The notes under the pieces: generated by a model
What the model was told of the DNA's origin: nothing
The model's database searches: none
What the model saw: only the letters and a program-made list of their open reading frames with translations
Translations under genes and position numbers: made by a program
From: Candidatus Woesearchaeota archaeon
GTDB taxonomy: Archaea; Nanobdellota; Nanobdellia; Pacearchaeales; GW2011-AR1
DNA length: 40,016 nucleotides
Reading direction: 5' to 3'
NCBI GenBank assembly: GCA_964633605.1
Contig: CAZWGF010000002.1
Location: 1-40,016, forward strand
In this document: in pieces, positions 1 through 7,917 of the stretch
Layout: each line of letters begins with the position of its first letter
How positions within the stretch are numbered: position 1 is the stretch's first letter

Positions 1-146
1 GATTCTCTGGGTATTTGCAGTGCTATGCCGTCGCCGTAGCCGTCGCCGTAGCCGTCGCCGTAGCCGTAGCCGTAGCCGTCGCCGTAGCCGTAGCCGGAGC
101 CGTCGCCGTAGCCGTAGCCGGAGCCGGAGCCGGAGGTTAATTCCAT
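1..146 (-). CDS. Gly/Tyr/Asp-rich repeat protein, N-terminal fragment (ORF continues past left edge)
   Basis: ATG at 146-144 with GGGAGG 8 nt upstream. Open to nt 1. Reads MELTSGSGSGYGYGDGSGYGYGDGYGYGYGDGYGDGYGDGIALQIPRE. Overlaps the stop of the upstream gene by 10 nt. Missing from the ORF track only because there is no stop in the window. Confidence 0.6.
   Translation of the reverse strand, partial: MELTSGSGSGYGYGDGSGYGYGDGYGYGYGDGYGDGYGDGIALQIPRE
27..134. repeat. 18 tandem hexamers GCCG(TA/TC/GA)
   Basis: Counted directly: GCCGTC, GCCGTA and GCCGGA units lie back to back from 27 to 134. On the minus strand they are (Y/D/S)-G codon pairs of the edge ORF. Confidence 0.95.
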
Positions 147-433
147 GGTGCGGCCTCCCATTGTTTAATAGCAATATCTGTACAGTAAATTACAGATGTC
201 ACGCCATTAACTTTTAGCTTGGGAACCGGAGGCGTAATTCGTGACCCGTCCTGTGGGCCTATGCTGGCAAGTCCCAGCACGCCCTTGCTATCGCTTGACC
301 AATACACTGCCATCCTTGCATCTTCCAAGATCACGACATCCTCTTCCTCGGATACAATATTCCCGAAGAACACACCCTTTCTGTCTTTGTCTGTCGTCAC
401 TACTACCCATTGTTCGTTTCGCTGCTTTTCCAT
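137..433 (-). CDS. hypothetical small phage protein
   Basis: ORF track gives 137..472. I prefer ATG 433 (GAGGTG 7 nt upstream); ATG 472 has no SD. 98 aa, no diagnostic motif. Confidence 0.7.
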   Translation of the reverse strand: MEKQRNEQWVVVTTDKDRKGVFFGNIVSEEEDVVILEDARMAVYWSSDSKGVLGLASIGPQDGSRITPPVPKLKVNGVTSVIYCTDIAIKQWEAAPWN

Positions 434-489
434 TGGTTCACCTCGTTTGTTATAGGATTTCAATTTCCGCATAACTACATGTTATCTTG

Positions 490-816
490 CTAAATACCCA
501 GCCTGCGACATCCATCTGCGAAGATGAAAAGCTGGCTTGGATCGTCATAAACAATGTATGCTTGGCCTTTGTAGGCATACACGTAAGGTGTCCATTTTGC
601 CGCTATATCGGCTAGGGGCTCAGTAACAAAAAATGCTAAATTACCCTTTTCTAATCCATTGCGTAATAGTGATAGATTCTGCTCAAATCTTGATGGTTTA
701 GGTTTGATGTAATCTTGTGTCTTAGATGTGGTAGTCGAACTTAGCAGGAAGGTTGTAGACGCAACCACCGCAGCAATTAGAGGCAACATAACAGCAATAA
801 TGTTTAATCTAGACAT
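490..816 (-). CDS. signal-anchor / exported protein
   Basis: ORF track gives 490..837. ATG 816 has a GAGAGGA RBS. An N-terminal hydrophobic helix LNIIAVMLPLIAAVVASTTFLL is followed by a soluble domain. Confidence 0.7.
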   Translation of the reverse strand: MSRLNIIAVMLPLIAAVVASTTFLLSSTTTSKTQDYIKPKPSRFEQNLSLLRNGLEKGNLAFFVTEPLADIAAKWTPYVYAYKGQAYIVYDDPSQLFIFADGCRRLGI

Positions 817-881
817 TTCAATCCTCTCTGATAACAATCCGATGCATCGAGTCCTCCTGCGTCGGCTCGTGAGCTAGGGCG

Positions 882-1301
882 TTAATCAACAACATCAATA
901 ACAATATTGGGGTCATGATACAATGCTTCGTGTACCCAAAACGCAAGCGTCAAACGGGATAGCCCGCCACGATGCGGAGCGATAGGCCTGGACGCGTAGG
1001 TAGCGTAGTACTTGCCGGTAGCTAGAGGGGTGAATGTGAACGCCAAAACGTTGGGCTCGGTCGTGTCCCAGGTAAACCCGGCAGGCGCGGTCAGTGGATC
1101 ATACTGAACAACAATACCCGCTTGCCTCTCAGTGTCCCTGCCGTCGATTGCCTGTCCGAGTACCAACTCAATGGCGTAGACTTCACCTTCGACCTGACTC
1201 GCATCAACCCAGCCAGGAGGGCCAGGCAGTAAAACGAAAAAAGTTCCGACAGCAGCAGAACACGCAACAAACACAATTAGTATGAACATCAATTTTCTCA
1301 T
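882..1301 (-). CDS. exported or membrane-anchored protein
   Basis: 139 aa. MRK is followed by LMFILIVFVACSAAVGTFFVLL (FVAC is only a weak lipobox). 4-nt start/stop overlap with the upstream gene. Confidence 0.75.
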   Translation of the reverse strand: MRKLMFILIVFVACSAAVGTFFVLLPGPPGWVDASQVEGEVYAIELVLGQAIDGRDTERQAGIVVQYDPLTAPAGFTWDTTEPNVLAFTFTPLATGKYYATYASRPIAPHRGGLSRLTLAFWVHEALYHDPNIVIDVVD

Positions 1302-1486
1302 CTGTCTAGCTCCAGCCTTTCTTGTAGTTCTGATTCCCGGTCAATAAGTGCAGCGGCAGTGGGGGTCAGACCCTCGGCAATCATGTTGGTCAGACACAAA
1401 CATAGATCGTCTTTTCCTGTAAATTGAGTGCCGCAGTAAATGCACAGCATGGGTTGCCTGACTGTTATCTCGGCTCTTGTTAGCAT
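1298..1486 (-). CDS. small Cys-containing hypothetical protein
   Basis: 62 aa with CIYCG...CLC cysteines. Translationally coupled (4-nt overlap) to the 882..1301 gene. Confidence 0.6.
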   Translation of the reverse strand: MLTRAEITVRQPMLCIYCGTQFTGKDDLCLCLTNMIAEGLTPTAAALIDRESELQERLELDR

Positions 1487-1498
1487 GGTGACTCCCTG

Positions 1499-1693
1499 TT
1501 ATGTTCTGTGCGTATACAGTCCCCCAAGAATGCAATTAATGAGGCTTGTTTCATTCCTACCGCCCATGTTGGCTTCATTTCCCAGAGACCCTTTCATTAA
1601 CTGCACCCTGTTACAAACAACGTCTTTGTCACCCGGACCACTGGCAGTTAGTATTTTCTGCGCGATCAGTTTCGCTAATTTTGCGTTGTGCAT
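1499..1693 (-). CDS. small hypothetical protein
   Basis: ORF track gives 1499..1735 (TTG start). ATG 1693 is preceded by AGAAAGGG. 64 aa. Lies directly after the terminator-like hairpin. Confidence 0.4.
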   Translation of the reverse strand: MHNAKLAKLIAQKILTASGPGDKDVVCNRVQLMKGSLGNEANMGGRNETSLINCILGGLYTHRT

Positions 1694-1706
1694 ATGTACC
1701 CTTTCT

Positions 1707-1753
1707 GATAAGAAAAACAGCAGCCCGCTATGCAATACACATCAACGGGCTGC
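1707..1753 (-). terminator. rho-independent terminator candidate ending the structural operon
   Basis: On the minus strand: GCAGCCCG (1753-1746), an 18-nt loop, CGGGCTGC (1727-1720), then TGTTTTTCTTATC. 8-bp GC-rich stem plus T-tract. The large loop weakens the call. Confidence 0.5.
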
Positions 1754-1891
1754 CTGAGGTGAACCACCGTCGTGCAACGGAGGAACTTCTAATAGTGGCC
1801 TGATTATAGCTCAGGCGGGCTTTGCCGGCTTACTATCGGTCCACCGGCATCTTCCAGGCTGAATCGTTTACGTTCACCTCATATTAAAATG

Positions 1892-2038
1892 TCAAAGATG
1901 GGCCTCCGTGCCCTGCCATCCGTGGCTGGCCATCCGTGAAAGGTCAAAACGCGGCGTAGACGTATAGAGTGATAGGGAGAGAGGGAGAGAACGACGCACG
2001 CCGCTTAGCAGGTTTAATTGTGATTTTGACTGTCCCAT
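1892..2038 (-). CDS. possible small ORF in the gap downstream of the giant gene
   Basis: ATG 2038 with GAGGTGG 8 nt upstream; 48 aa (MGQSKSQLNLLSG...). No other support. Confidence 0.2.
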   Translation of the reverse strand: MGQSKSQLNLLSGVRRSLPLSLSLYTSTPRFDLSRMASHGWQGTEAHL

Positions 2039-2143
2039 ATTTAAGTCCACCTCATGAACAAATACTGCACTCAAACTACCACGGATTTTTCATACGTCAA
2101 CGCTTATTTTTGAGAATGCCCAAAATGGAAGACGTACCGCCGT

Positions 2144-5100
2144 TTATGGCAGCCGCCTGCGTATACGCTGATAGATGCGTTTTCGCTGGGGATCGTTTGT
2201 GGTTTTCTCCAGTGCTTCATAATCAGTTTGAAGTTGCGTCGCCACCTTATTGAATCGGGTCCGCATAGCTCTTTCCTTGGGCGTGATCTTCTTGGAGGCG
2301 AACTTTCTATTGAGCGTGTCCCTGGCCTTGTAGAACTTGGTGAGCTGGTCTCTGGGTGAATTGGGTTCTCGCATGAACAGTGTACCGAACACAGGTATAT
2401 CGCTGTAATTCCGTGACCCCTGCTGTGAGCCGGAAATCATCCCCCAACCCCTGGCGAACCTACGGAACAAACCGCCCGAGTAACTATCAATCAGATACTC
2501 AGTGCGGGATGGTGACATATTCAGGGCCCTGCCGATTGCTTTCATAGTATCCGTGGTGTACCTGCCGTACTGATCCTCGTCAAGCAAGTGCATTGTGCCA
2601 GGCGGAACGATAGGCCGGCCTGCCCAGTCCTTATTCCGCATAACGTCTACCACAGGCCCAGCCAGTGCCATGCCCGTAATGATATTGCGAGAGCCGAACG
2701 GATTGGACTGGTCGAGCATTTCAACCAGATCATCCGGCAAGGATGTCGGATCTTTCCGGTATGCCGCATCGACTGCGGCAACAGGCAGAGAGGCAAAGAC
2801 GTGGCCCACCTGGAACGGCACCGGCAGGCGCACAACCGTATCAGTTCCGGGCGCTCTAAAGTGCATGTAGTTTACCCGCTCGAAGTCTGCCATGTTCTTC
2901 CACCAGTCCTCATCACGATAGGCATACCACAGGCCGAGTGCTGGGATGGTCAAAGTCCCTATGGCCATAGCCGCCGCACGTCCCCGCGTCTTGGGATCTG
3001 CAAAGGTACGGAATATTTTCTGTGGGCCCTGGATATTGGCATTGTAGAACGGGAATACCTGATTCAACACCTTGGCAATTTTGCCGTGCCGCGTAAAGTT
3101 CGTTGTGACATCCTGGGCAGCATTGAGCGCAAACAAAGAAGCATTAAGTGTCCCCTTACCGAACTTCTCCTCACCGACCTTTAGGGCTGCCTCGAACTCT
3201 GCGATCCTCACGCCAGACTCGGTCACACTGAATAGTTCCCGAGCCGCCTGTATTGGGTGTGCTACGGTCTTGATGACGTACTTACCCATTTTTGTACGGT
3301 CCAGCAACATCTCGGCACGCAGGTTCTTGGCTGCTACACGGTCGTGCATGAGCTGGCCGGACATTTCGCCACCAAGAGCTTTGAAGTGTCGCGCCGCTTC
3401 AGTCCCCCGGATATCTGAAACAACACCCCTGGCTGCTGAGATCGCGCCACCTTTTGCGTGTTCTGCCGTCACCCCAAAGGTCGAAGCATCTCGCACAAAG
3501 TTACGAATCAGGCCAAAGCCGGGATTCAATCCTGTTGCTCCCAGTCGTCGTAATCGTGTAGCGCCACCAACTGTAGCGTTTAGCCATGGAGGCAATGAGT
3601 ATTGATCTAAAGCCATAACGGTCTGGAATACGTCCTTATCGAGCTGAATGAATTCGCGTTTGCCCTCGGCATTGATAATGGGAATGATATTGTCCTTACC
3701 CCAGTACTGGGCAGCGTTGGAGTAAACCGTCAACATTTCATCCCATCTTTCTTTGAGTGCTTCAGGATCTACGTCAGGTAGGTCGCCCAGGTCGATCCCA
3801 AGCTTATCTTCGATGATTTTAAGAACGTCGCCTTTGATCTGTTCTACGGAGAAATTGGTCGCCGTCCGGGGCGTGGGTACTTTTTCGCCAAACTGATGCC
3901 CGCCAGGCTGATTGACTACCTTGGCTATCGCCTGGGCAACCATTGTCTTATGCGCGATCGAGATAAGCCTTTCGGCCTGCGTTAACATGGCCTCTATTGG
4001 TTCCATGAACTCTCGGCCACTGCCAGACAAGACATTGATCGGCTTGGAGTGCGTGCGGAATCCCTTTCCGGATCCGCTTGCGATTTTGACTTCACCCCAA
4101 TCAAAGATCCGTAAGAACGGAATATAAACCGGGTTTAGCGTCCTAATGGTCTTGATTGTATCCTCGCTTATGGCGCCTGCTTCACCCATGTAATCCAACA
4201 CGCGGCCATTCCATGAAGTTACCTCGTCAAGCACGTCATCGTAAATCTTGGCGGTTTCATCGCTGGTATCTTTGATCACAAACTCGGCATCAGCCTTGGA
4301 TATGCCAGGGTTCTTGCCCCGCCTTATCAGATCGAGAGCTCGCGTGGCCACAGCGTACTGCACCCATTCTGTGATGTGGTCAATGGGCTTGAATATCTCG
4401 GTCAGGCCGGGCCCGGTAGTGTAGCCAGATAGGTTCGTCGTGCTGTGTAGAATGAACTTCCGTGCCACTGCAGGCGCCTTATCAGCATATGCAACGGCCA
4501 AGGTGTACGGGTTACGCTCCGGGGGCAGATCAAACAGGCCAGCCGTAATGAGTCGCCGTTTTAGGGGCGCCAGTTCGTCGATAAAGTTTACCTCAGTCCA
4601 CAGGCTTGCCCGCTCCATGCGTTCGCCTAGCGTTCCCCTGAATGGCTTGCGGTTGATCATGGAAGATATCCGGCCCCTCGCGCCCTGGTGCCTCCATGTG
4701 CTGATCATCTGTCGCAACTTGTTCAGATTGCGGTTTGTGTCTGGGTGTTTGGGCAGGAACACATCCTTGAACCATTTGTCCATGTTGGGTGCAATGCTCG
4801 CAGTGTCGCCACCTGTTAGGTATTCCCGCATGTACTCGGCCCAACCCTCAGACTTGTAGCCGCCCACGGGCTTGCGGTTGCCGTACAGGGCAACGCCCAT
4901 ATCGAACAGTTCCTTGCCGATCTCGGTGCTGGCTGGGTGCTTGCTGATCCTATCCCCATCGATGTGGTCTATGTGGTGCCCTACCTCATGCGTGGCTGTG
5001 GTGATGGAACGGACATCCTGCAACCGGATACTTTTGCCAAACGGATGATACCAGCCAAGTGCATGGGCCATCCTGAACGTTGCCTTGCCGCGGATAGGTA

Positions 5101-7915
5101 TCTGGAATGCACGCTGGGCAAATGCGATGATATCACGCGATGGGACGGGCTTGACGGGGCCGCCGGCGTCCATGGCCACCTTGATCCGGCCACGGTCGAT
5201 TTCGTTCTGTGATACCACTGTCGAGGGTGAGGACTCATCGCCCAGGTAGGCCGGGCTTTTCTCTCGGGGCCATCTGGCATCGGCCTCTATATCGCTCTGG
5301 AAGTCTGCTTGGGGCTCAGTACCAGCCCATGCGTAAACAGGCGTCTTGTCCTGCATGAAGTTTTTGTCAACGATCTTGGCGTTTACCATGCGGCCCAGAA
5401 CCTCGGCGTTCTCCTTGCTTGCTTCCTTGCTGCCTGTCCACTGCTCGGCCGTCATCCACGTTCGGGCCGGGAGTTTGTTGCCCAGGATGAATAATGGGCT
5501 TCTTGACGCAACGTCGTCTGTCCTCAACAGGTCTGCATTGACCAGCATCTGTGCCAACTGTTGGGGAAAGGGCTTACTGCCTGCCGATACACGCACGGGC
5601 GTTTTCTGTGCAACGTTGGGTGTCAGTACGGTACTGACTGCATTCACGGGCATGGTTACGGTTTGCGTCTGGCCCTTGGGGCTCCGGGTCAATATGGGCC
5701 GTAGTTCATCGCCTTCTGGCAGGAACATCTTGATCTTTGTTTCGCCCCTCGATGCGTGCAGCTCCAGGGCATCTTTGAGGAAATTCGAGTTGACGGCAAC
5801 TACCTGCTCTGCCCCGTCCTTCACGCCGATCTGCGCTGCGATCCCCGCCTCATGGCCTGCACTGGCAAAGCCTATGGTTCCGTCAGGGTTCTTCATGATG
5901 GCGATTGTGGGTATTTCGCCCTTACCGCTCGGCGCGGCTACTGCTGCCTGTCTGACCTGCTGCCAGGTCTTGCGAGTGTTCAACTCGATTCCATCGGCTG
6001 CCTTGACCTCGGGAATGATTGCCTTGTAGTCTGGGAAGTTGCCCCGCGTTTCGTCCTTTGCGAGTGTCCGTTGCTTCAGCTCACCCTTCTTGAACGCCGC
6101 CGGTTCGTCGTAGAGTCCGTCCGGGCCCCAATCGCCTTTGAGGATGTACGCACGCTGTCCGTCCGTGACGACAAGGTCCTTACCCTTGACCAGGGCCCCG
6201 TCAACTGCATACCTGGAGGCCTTTTTAGCCTTGCCCTTACCGAGCCTACTGAACAGGTTCTTGGCTGGTGCAGGATATGACGGGGTAGCGATTGCGGGGG
6301 GCTTTCCGGGCTTGGTCTTGGCCAATGGCTTTAGCTTGGCCATTTCGGATGCGACCTTAGCCATCGCCTTCTCATTGCCTGGCAGTGCAAACAGTTGAGC
6401 GTCTGGTATGCCGGTGGGGAACTCAACTGCCACAGTATGGTAGGCTTCGTCCACCTTGTCCGCATCTTTGAATGGCTTTGTTGTTAGTTTCGTACTTGGG
6501 TCATTCGCCCACGCCTGGTAATCCGTTATGATTTCGTTGGCTTGTTCTCGGGAAAGAGCTGTAACTGTTTCCCCCGGTTGTTGCGTATCAATTGGCTGAG
6601 GCGTAATCGGGGCCGGGGCCGTCGGACTGACGGGCGGCGGGGTGATTTGCGTGGCATCTGGTGTCCCCTTTAGTTGTAGTTGCTGCTCTTGCGGTTGCAA
6701 TTGCTGGATGATTGCCGCACTCTTCTGGTTAGCTGGAACTCCGGCAGCCTTGGCCCTGGCCTGGATCTGCTTTCGGGAGAGCTTTGTCAGGTCAGTCGTC
6801 GGCTGTTTCGGTGGTTGCTGCGCCAGCGGGATCGGCGCGGGAGGCGTACCCGGTTGCCTGGTGGCCAGGGGGTGCTTTCCGAAGTCCTTTAATGGCGGTT
6901 GCTTCACCTTTTTGGGAGTAACCCGCTTTGGATCCAAACCTTGATATTTCACCCGGACGGCATCCCATCTGGTACGATCCCCTGTCTTTTTCCAGTGTTT
7001 TATTGCTGCATCGATCTCGGCCCGGGCACTCTGCCGCGTTACCTGCGCGTGGGTCTTGGCCGTTTTAGCGGCGCGCAGGCCCCGAACGAACCGGCCCAGT
7101 TTCTCCACTCCGAGCTCGCCGGCGCCGAACATGACACCAATCCCGAACTCGAAGCTGATACCCCCGTAATCCACGGGCTCGTTGTTTATGACCTTGTCCG
7201 AGAATTCCTCACCAGCCTTGCGTGTGGCAAAGGTCAGGCCACTGCCCGCCATCACCTTGAGTGCCCGCTTGCCCGCGATCCGCTTGATCACTGGGGCCGC
7301 TATCTTGCCCGCTGTACTGATCCCGGTCATGAAATTAGCGATATCTCCGGCTGCAATATCCTGCTTTTTGGGCTTGAACCCCGTCATATGGTCAACAATG
7401 CCCGCCAAACTGTCGATCTTGCCGCCACTGACCCGCTTGGCTGCAGCATCGGCCACACCCAGAGTAAGCCCGGAGACGGCCTCTGTGCCCGTATGAAGGA
7501 TACCCTTGCCGATGGTCCTAAATGGAGTCTCTTCCGCCCCCAGCGGTCGCGTAGGAGCCGGAACAGGACGTGGGCGGCCTGGTGCACCGAAGAGTGCCGT
7601 ACCAATATCTGCCGGCGGTGGAGGGGCCTGCTGGATCGTCTCCTGGCCTCGGGGGGCTAGGGGGTCAACAGTGACCGCTGATCCGGTGTCAGTAACGGGG
7701 ATGTCCTGGCCAGCTACGCGGATGGTAGGTGTGCCAGGTCTGGGCATGAGGGCTGCCGTGGCGTTCTTGAGTACATCGGGGTCAATACCGGCGCCTGCTA
7801 ACTCTACCGGGGCATCCAGGGAATACCTGCTGGCCTGGGGAGTTGAAGGGCCGGCGTCAATGGAATATTTACTGGCAGGCTGCTCGGCGTCCAGTGAGTA
7901 CTTGCTGATAGCCAT
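2144..7915 (-). CDS. giant multidomain (polyvalent-type) internal virion / ejection protein
   Basis: Uninterrupted 1923-aa ORF abutting the upstream gene (stop 7918, start 7915). Domains seen: aa 4-35 three SKYSLDA-like motifs; aa 375-406 HeH/SAP-like LSRKQIQARAKAAGVPANQKSAAIIQQL; aa 568-759 DnaN-like motifs (VVTDGQRAY, GNFPDYKAIIP, TVTMPV); aa 976-981 HEVGHH with downstream EGWAEY; hydrophobic AAAMAIGTLTIPALGLWYAY near the C-terminus. Its position after the fibre and internal-protein genes fits an ejected protein. Function is inferred. Confidence 0.85.
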   Translation of the reverse strand: MAISKYSLDAEQPASKYSIDAGPSTPQASRYSLDAPVELAGAGIDPDVLKNATAALMPRPGTPTIRVAGQDIPVTDTGSAVTVDPLAPRGQETIQQAPPPPADIGTALFGAPGRPRPVPAPTRPLGAEETPFRTIGKGILHTGTEAVSGLTLGVADAAAKRVSGGKIDSLAGIVDHMTGFKPKKQDIAAGDIANFMTGISTAGKIAAPVIKRIAGKRALKVMAGSGLTFATRKAGEEFSDKVINNEPVDYGGISFEFGIGVMFGAGELGVEKLGRFVRGLRAAKTAKTHAQVTRQSARAEIDAAIKHWKKTGDRTRWDAVRVKYQGLDPKRVTPKKVKQPPLKDFGKHPLATRQPGTPPAPIPLAQQPPKQPTTDLTKLSRKQIQARAKAAGVPANQKSAAIIQQLQPQEQQLQLKGTPDATQITPPPVSPTAPAPITPQPIDTQQPGETVTALSREQANEIITDYQAWANDPSTKLTTKPFKDADKVDEAYHTVAVEFPTGIPDAQLFALPGNEKAMAKVASEMAKLKPLAKTKPGKPPAIATPSYPAPAKNLFSRLGKGKAKKASRYAVDGALVKGKDLVVTDGQRAYILKGDWGPDGLYDEPAAFKKGELKQRTLAKDETRGNFPDYKAIIPEVKAADGIELNTRKTWQQVRQAAVAAPSGKGEIPTIAIMKNPDGTIGFASAGHEAGIAAQIGVKDGAEQVVAVNSNFLKDALELHASRGETKIKMFLPEGDELRPILTRSPKGQTQTVTMPVNAVSTVLTPNVAQKTPVRVSAGSKPFPQQLAQMLVNADLLRTDDVASRSPLFILGNKLPARTWMTAEQWTGSKEASKENAEVLGRMVNAKIVDKNFMQDKTPVYAWAGTEPQADFQSDIEADARWPREKSPAYLGDESSPSTVVSQNEIDRGRIKVAMDAGGPVKPVPSRDIIAFAQRAFQIPIRGKATFRMAHALGWYHPFGKSIRLQDVRSITTATHEVGHHIDHIDGDRISKHPASTEIGKELFDMGVALYGNRKPVGGYKSEGWAEYMREYLTGGDTASIAPNMDKWFKDVFLPKHPDTNRNLNKLRQMISTWRHQGARGRISSMINRKPFRGTLGERMERASLWTEVNFIDELAPLKRRLITAGLFDLPPERNPYTLAVAYADKAPAVARKFILHSTTNLSGYTTGPGLTEIFKPIDHITEWVQYAVATRALDLIRRGKNPGISKADAEFVIKDTSDETAKIYDDVLDEVTSWNGRVLDYMGEAGAISEDTIKTIRTLNPVYIPFLRIFDWGEVKIASGSGKGFRTHSKPINVLSGSGREFMEPIEAMLTQAERLISIAHKTMVAQAIAKVVNQPGGHQFGEKVPTPRTATNFSVEQIKGDVLKIIEDKLGIDLGDLPDVDPEALKERWDEMLTVYSNAAQYWGKDNIIPIINAEGKREFIQLDKDVFQTVMALDQYSLPPWLNATVGGATRLRRLGATGLNPGFGLIRNFVRDASTFGVTAEHAKGGAISAARGVVSDIRGTEAARHFKALGGEMSGQLMHDRVAAKNLRAEMLLDRTKMGKYVIKTVAHPIQAARELFSVTESGVRIAEFEAALKVGEEKFGKGTLNASLFALNAAQDVTTNFTRHGKIAKVLNQVFPFYNANIQGPQKIFRTFADPKTRGRAAAMAIGTLTIPALGLWYAYRDEDWWKNMADFERVNYMHFRAPGTDTVVRLPVPFQVGHVFASLPVAAVDAAYRKDPTSLPDDLVEMLDQSNPFGSRNIITGMALAGPVVDVMRNKDWAGRPIVPPGTMHLLDEDQYGRYTTDTMKAIGRALNMSPSRTEYLIDSYSGGLFRRFARGWGMISGSQQGSRNYSDIPVFGTLFMREPNSPRDQLTKFYKARDTLNRKFASKKITPKERAMRTRFNKVATQLQTDYEALEKTTNDPQRKRIYQRIRRRLP

Positions 7916-7917
7916 GA

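Noticed and set aside
20-217. + strand ORF MLCRRRSRRRSRRRS... (Arg/Ser repeat protein)
   Set aside because: It is the shadow frame of the GCCGNN hexamer array. It has no RBS, whereas the minus frame has GGGAGG-ATG and is coupled to the upstream gene.
1798-1862. tRNA-like pairing GCCTGAG...CTCAGGC on the minus strand
   Set aside because: The span is only ~65 nt, with no GTTCRA T-loop and no D-arm, and no anticodon stem could be drawn.
2144-7915. Giant ORF as a tape-measure protein
   Set aside because: It is not a helical repeat-ruler sequence. It contains enzyme-like and clamp-like domains, and it sits after the fibre genes with no tail-tube, sheath or chaperone-frameshift genes nearby.
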